Below, piece after piece: positions 62,440 through 64,000 of a DNA stretch of 64,000 nt. Both the position numbers and the translations under genes were made by a program. This stretch comes from Hypanus sabinus. Lineage: Eukaryota. Location: NCBI RefSeq assembly GCF_030144855.1, contig NC_082709.1, positions 25,048,001-25,112,000 on the forward strand, in the 5' to 3' direction. The notes below the pieces were generated by a model. It did not search any database. It worked only from the letters and a program-made list of their open reading frames with translations, and had not been told where the DNA came from. How positions within the stretch are numbered: position 1 is the stretch's first letter; each line of letters begins with the position of its first letter.

Positions 62440-64000
62440 TAGCACTTTTGACTAGCACTTTTCAAAGACAGCAGCTTGACCCAGAGAAACAGGATCAATA
62501 TATAAAGAGTGATCACTTATAAAAGCATTGGCTCTGAAGTCTGATTGGCAATTACCATTTCCCTGTCTCTTCATGCCCCTGCACCCTGGTTTAAAAATTA
62601 TACTTGATTGGATTGCATCTGCTGTTCTGGTACCTAGAATGAATTCCTGCCTACTCCACTGCTGTGAAGTACTCTTCCAGGAGTATGGATGCTGGAACCT
62701 TCTTTCCATGAACCCAGGCACTAATCCTTGCTGTATTCCACAAACTGTGACCTGTGGACTACAGCAGGGACCAATGCTTGGGCTCCTGCTTTTAAAGGGC
62801 GATCTGGAAAATCTTAAACCAGATGAAAATGTAAGTAGTCATGTGGATGTAAGGGTTGAAATGAAAATGAGCCAGCTGAGTAAATGACAGCTGATGGATA
62901 ATTCACTCCTTCCACCCTTGGTACAATTTGGGAAATGACAGGTTATTGCCACAGTAGAAGAATCAGAGAATGCTATGTTTTTTTTTTAAATGGTGAGAGA
63001 TTGGGAATTATTTGTATTAAATAGGATATGAGTATCCTTTTCATTGAAAGCTAGAGTGCCAGTGTAGCAGGCATCTCATCATCATTATGTGCCTTGGCAT
63101 TTGACTTAGGTGATCATAGCCTTTGGACCATGATTGTTCTTGGTTTGCCATTGCCTTCTCTTGGCAGTGTCTTTACAAGATGTGTGACCCCAGCCATTAT
63201 CAATACTCTTCAGGGATTGTCTGCCTTGCGTCAGTGGTCGCGAAACCAGGACTTGTGATGTGCACCAGCTGCTCATACATCCATCTGCTCTCATGGCTTC
63301 ACATGACCCTGATTGGGGGCTGCAGGTGCTACACCTTGTCCAAGGGTGACCTGCAGGCTAGTGTATGGAAGGAGTGCCTTACACCTCCTTTGAAAGAGAC
63401 ATGTATCTACCATGCCACCCAAGCAGGTAACTAGCAAGGCACATATTATAAATACAAGAAATTCTGAAGATACTGAAGATCCAGAGCAATGCATATAAAA
63501 TAATGAAGGAACTCAGCAGGTCAAGCAGTACCCATGGAAATGAAGAAAGGGTCAATATTTTGGGCCAAGACCCTTCTTCAGGACTGGAAAGGAAGGAGGA
63601 AGAAGCCAGTACAAAAAGTGGGGGGAGGGACATGAGAACTAGCTAGAAGGTCATAGGGGAAACCAGGTGAGTGAAAAGTAGGATACTACTGCAATAATTG
63701 GCCGTTATTGCAAGAGGATTTGGATAGAAGAGTAAAGATGTCTTTGTACAGTACAGATACAGTGGGCCTTGGTGAGAGCATACCCGGAGTCTCATGTGCA
63801 ACTTTGATCTCTGTATCTAAAAAGAGCATTTAGTTGAAAAAGAGGTGCAGTGAAAATTCATCAGAATATTTTCTGGGATGAAGGGTCTGTTATTTGAGGT
63901 GAGATTTAGTGTTCTAAAGTTTAAAAGAATGAGAAATGGAGCAGATTCTTTGACAGGGTAGATGTAGAAAGGATGTTATCTATTGCTAAGGGTTATAGAA
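62440..64000. mobile_element. Decayed CR1 fragments with an RTE-related SINE-like insert (about 63075-63420, -) and a PLE fragment
   Basis: QQGPMLGLLL motif; ggtttgccattgccttct and (tca)n; CR1 RT C-terminal remnants to the window end. Confidence 0.5.

Noticed and set aside
1-64000. CRISPR arrays, operons or other prokaryotic systems
   Set aside because: Vertebrate repeat landscape; no regularly spaced repeat-spacer array or gene-dense segment

Overview
Eukaryotic, repeat-dominated, AT-rich genomic DNA, most likely from a cartilaginous fish (shark or ray). This is inferred from the repeat content: HE1-like V-SINEs, HER1-like CR1 LINEs, Rex1/Babar LINEs and abundant Penelope-like elements. No intact host protein-coding gene is recognisable, and nearly all long ORFs are decayed transposon ORFs or their antisense shadows. 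The main contents are: (1) a CpG-island promoter-like region at about 8.57-8.96 kb with a candidate first exon and a candidate in-phase second exon at 19.9 kb; (2) a full-length 4288-bp Ty3/Gypsy provirus of the CsRn1 lineage (CHCC Gag, tRNA-Trp PBS, GGGAAAC frameshift site plus pseudoknot) nested in a CR1; (3) two solo LTRs and one LTR fragment; (4) a family of Penelope-like elements (PLEs) carrying minimal hammerhead ribozyme motifs, including fold-back insertions and a 103-bp ribozyme-only insertion with a TSD; (5) a Charlie-type hAT, two Tigger4-like elements and a Tc1 MITE; (6) repeat-free blocks that look like conserved non-coding DNA; (7) two N gaps. Boundaries of decayed LINE and SINE fragments are approximate. 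TSD, TIR and LTR coordinates were counted by hand.
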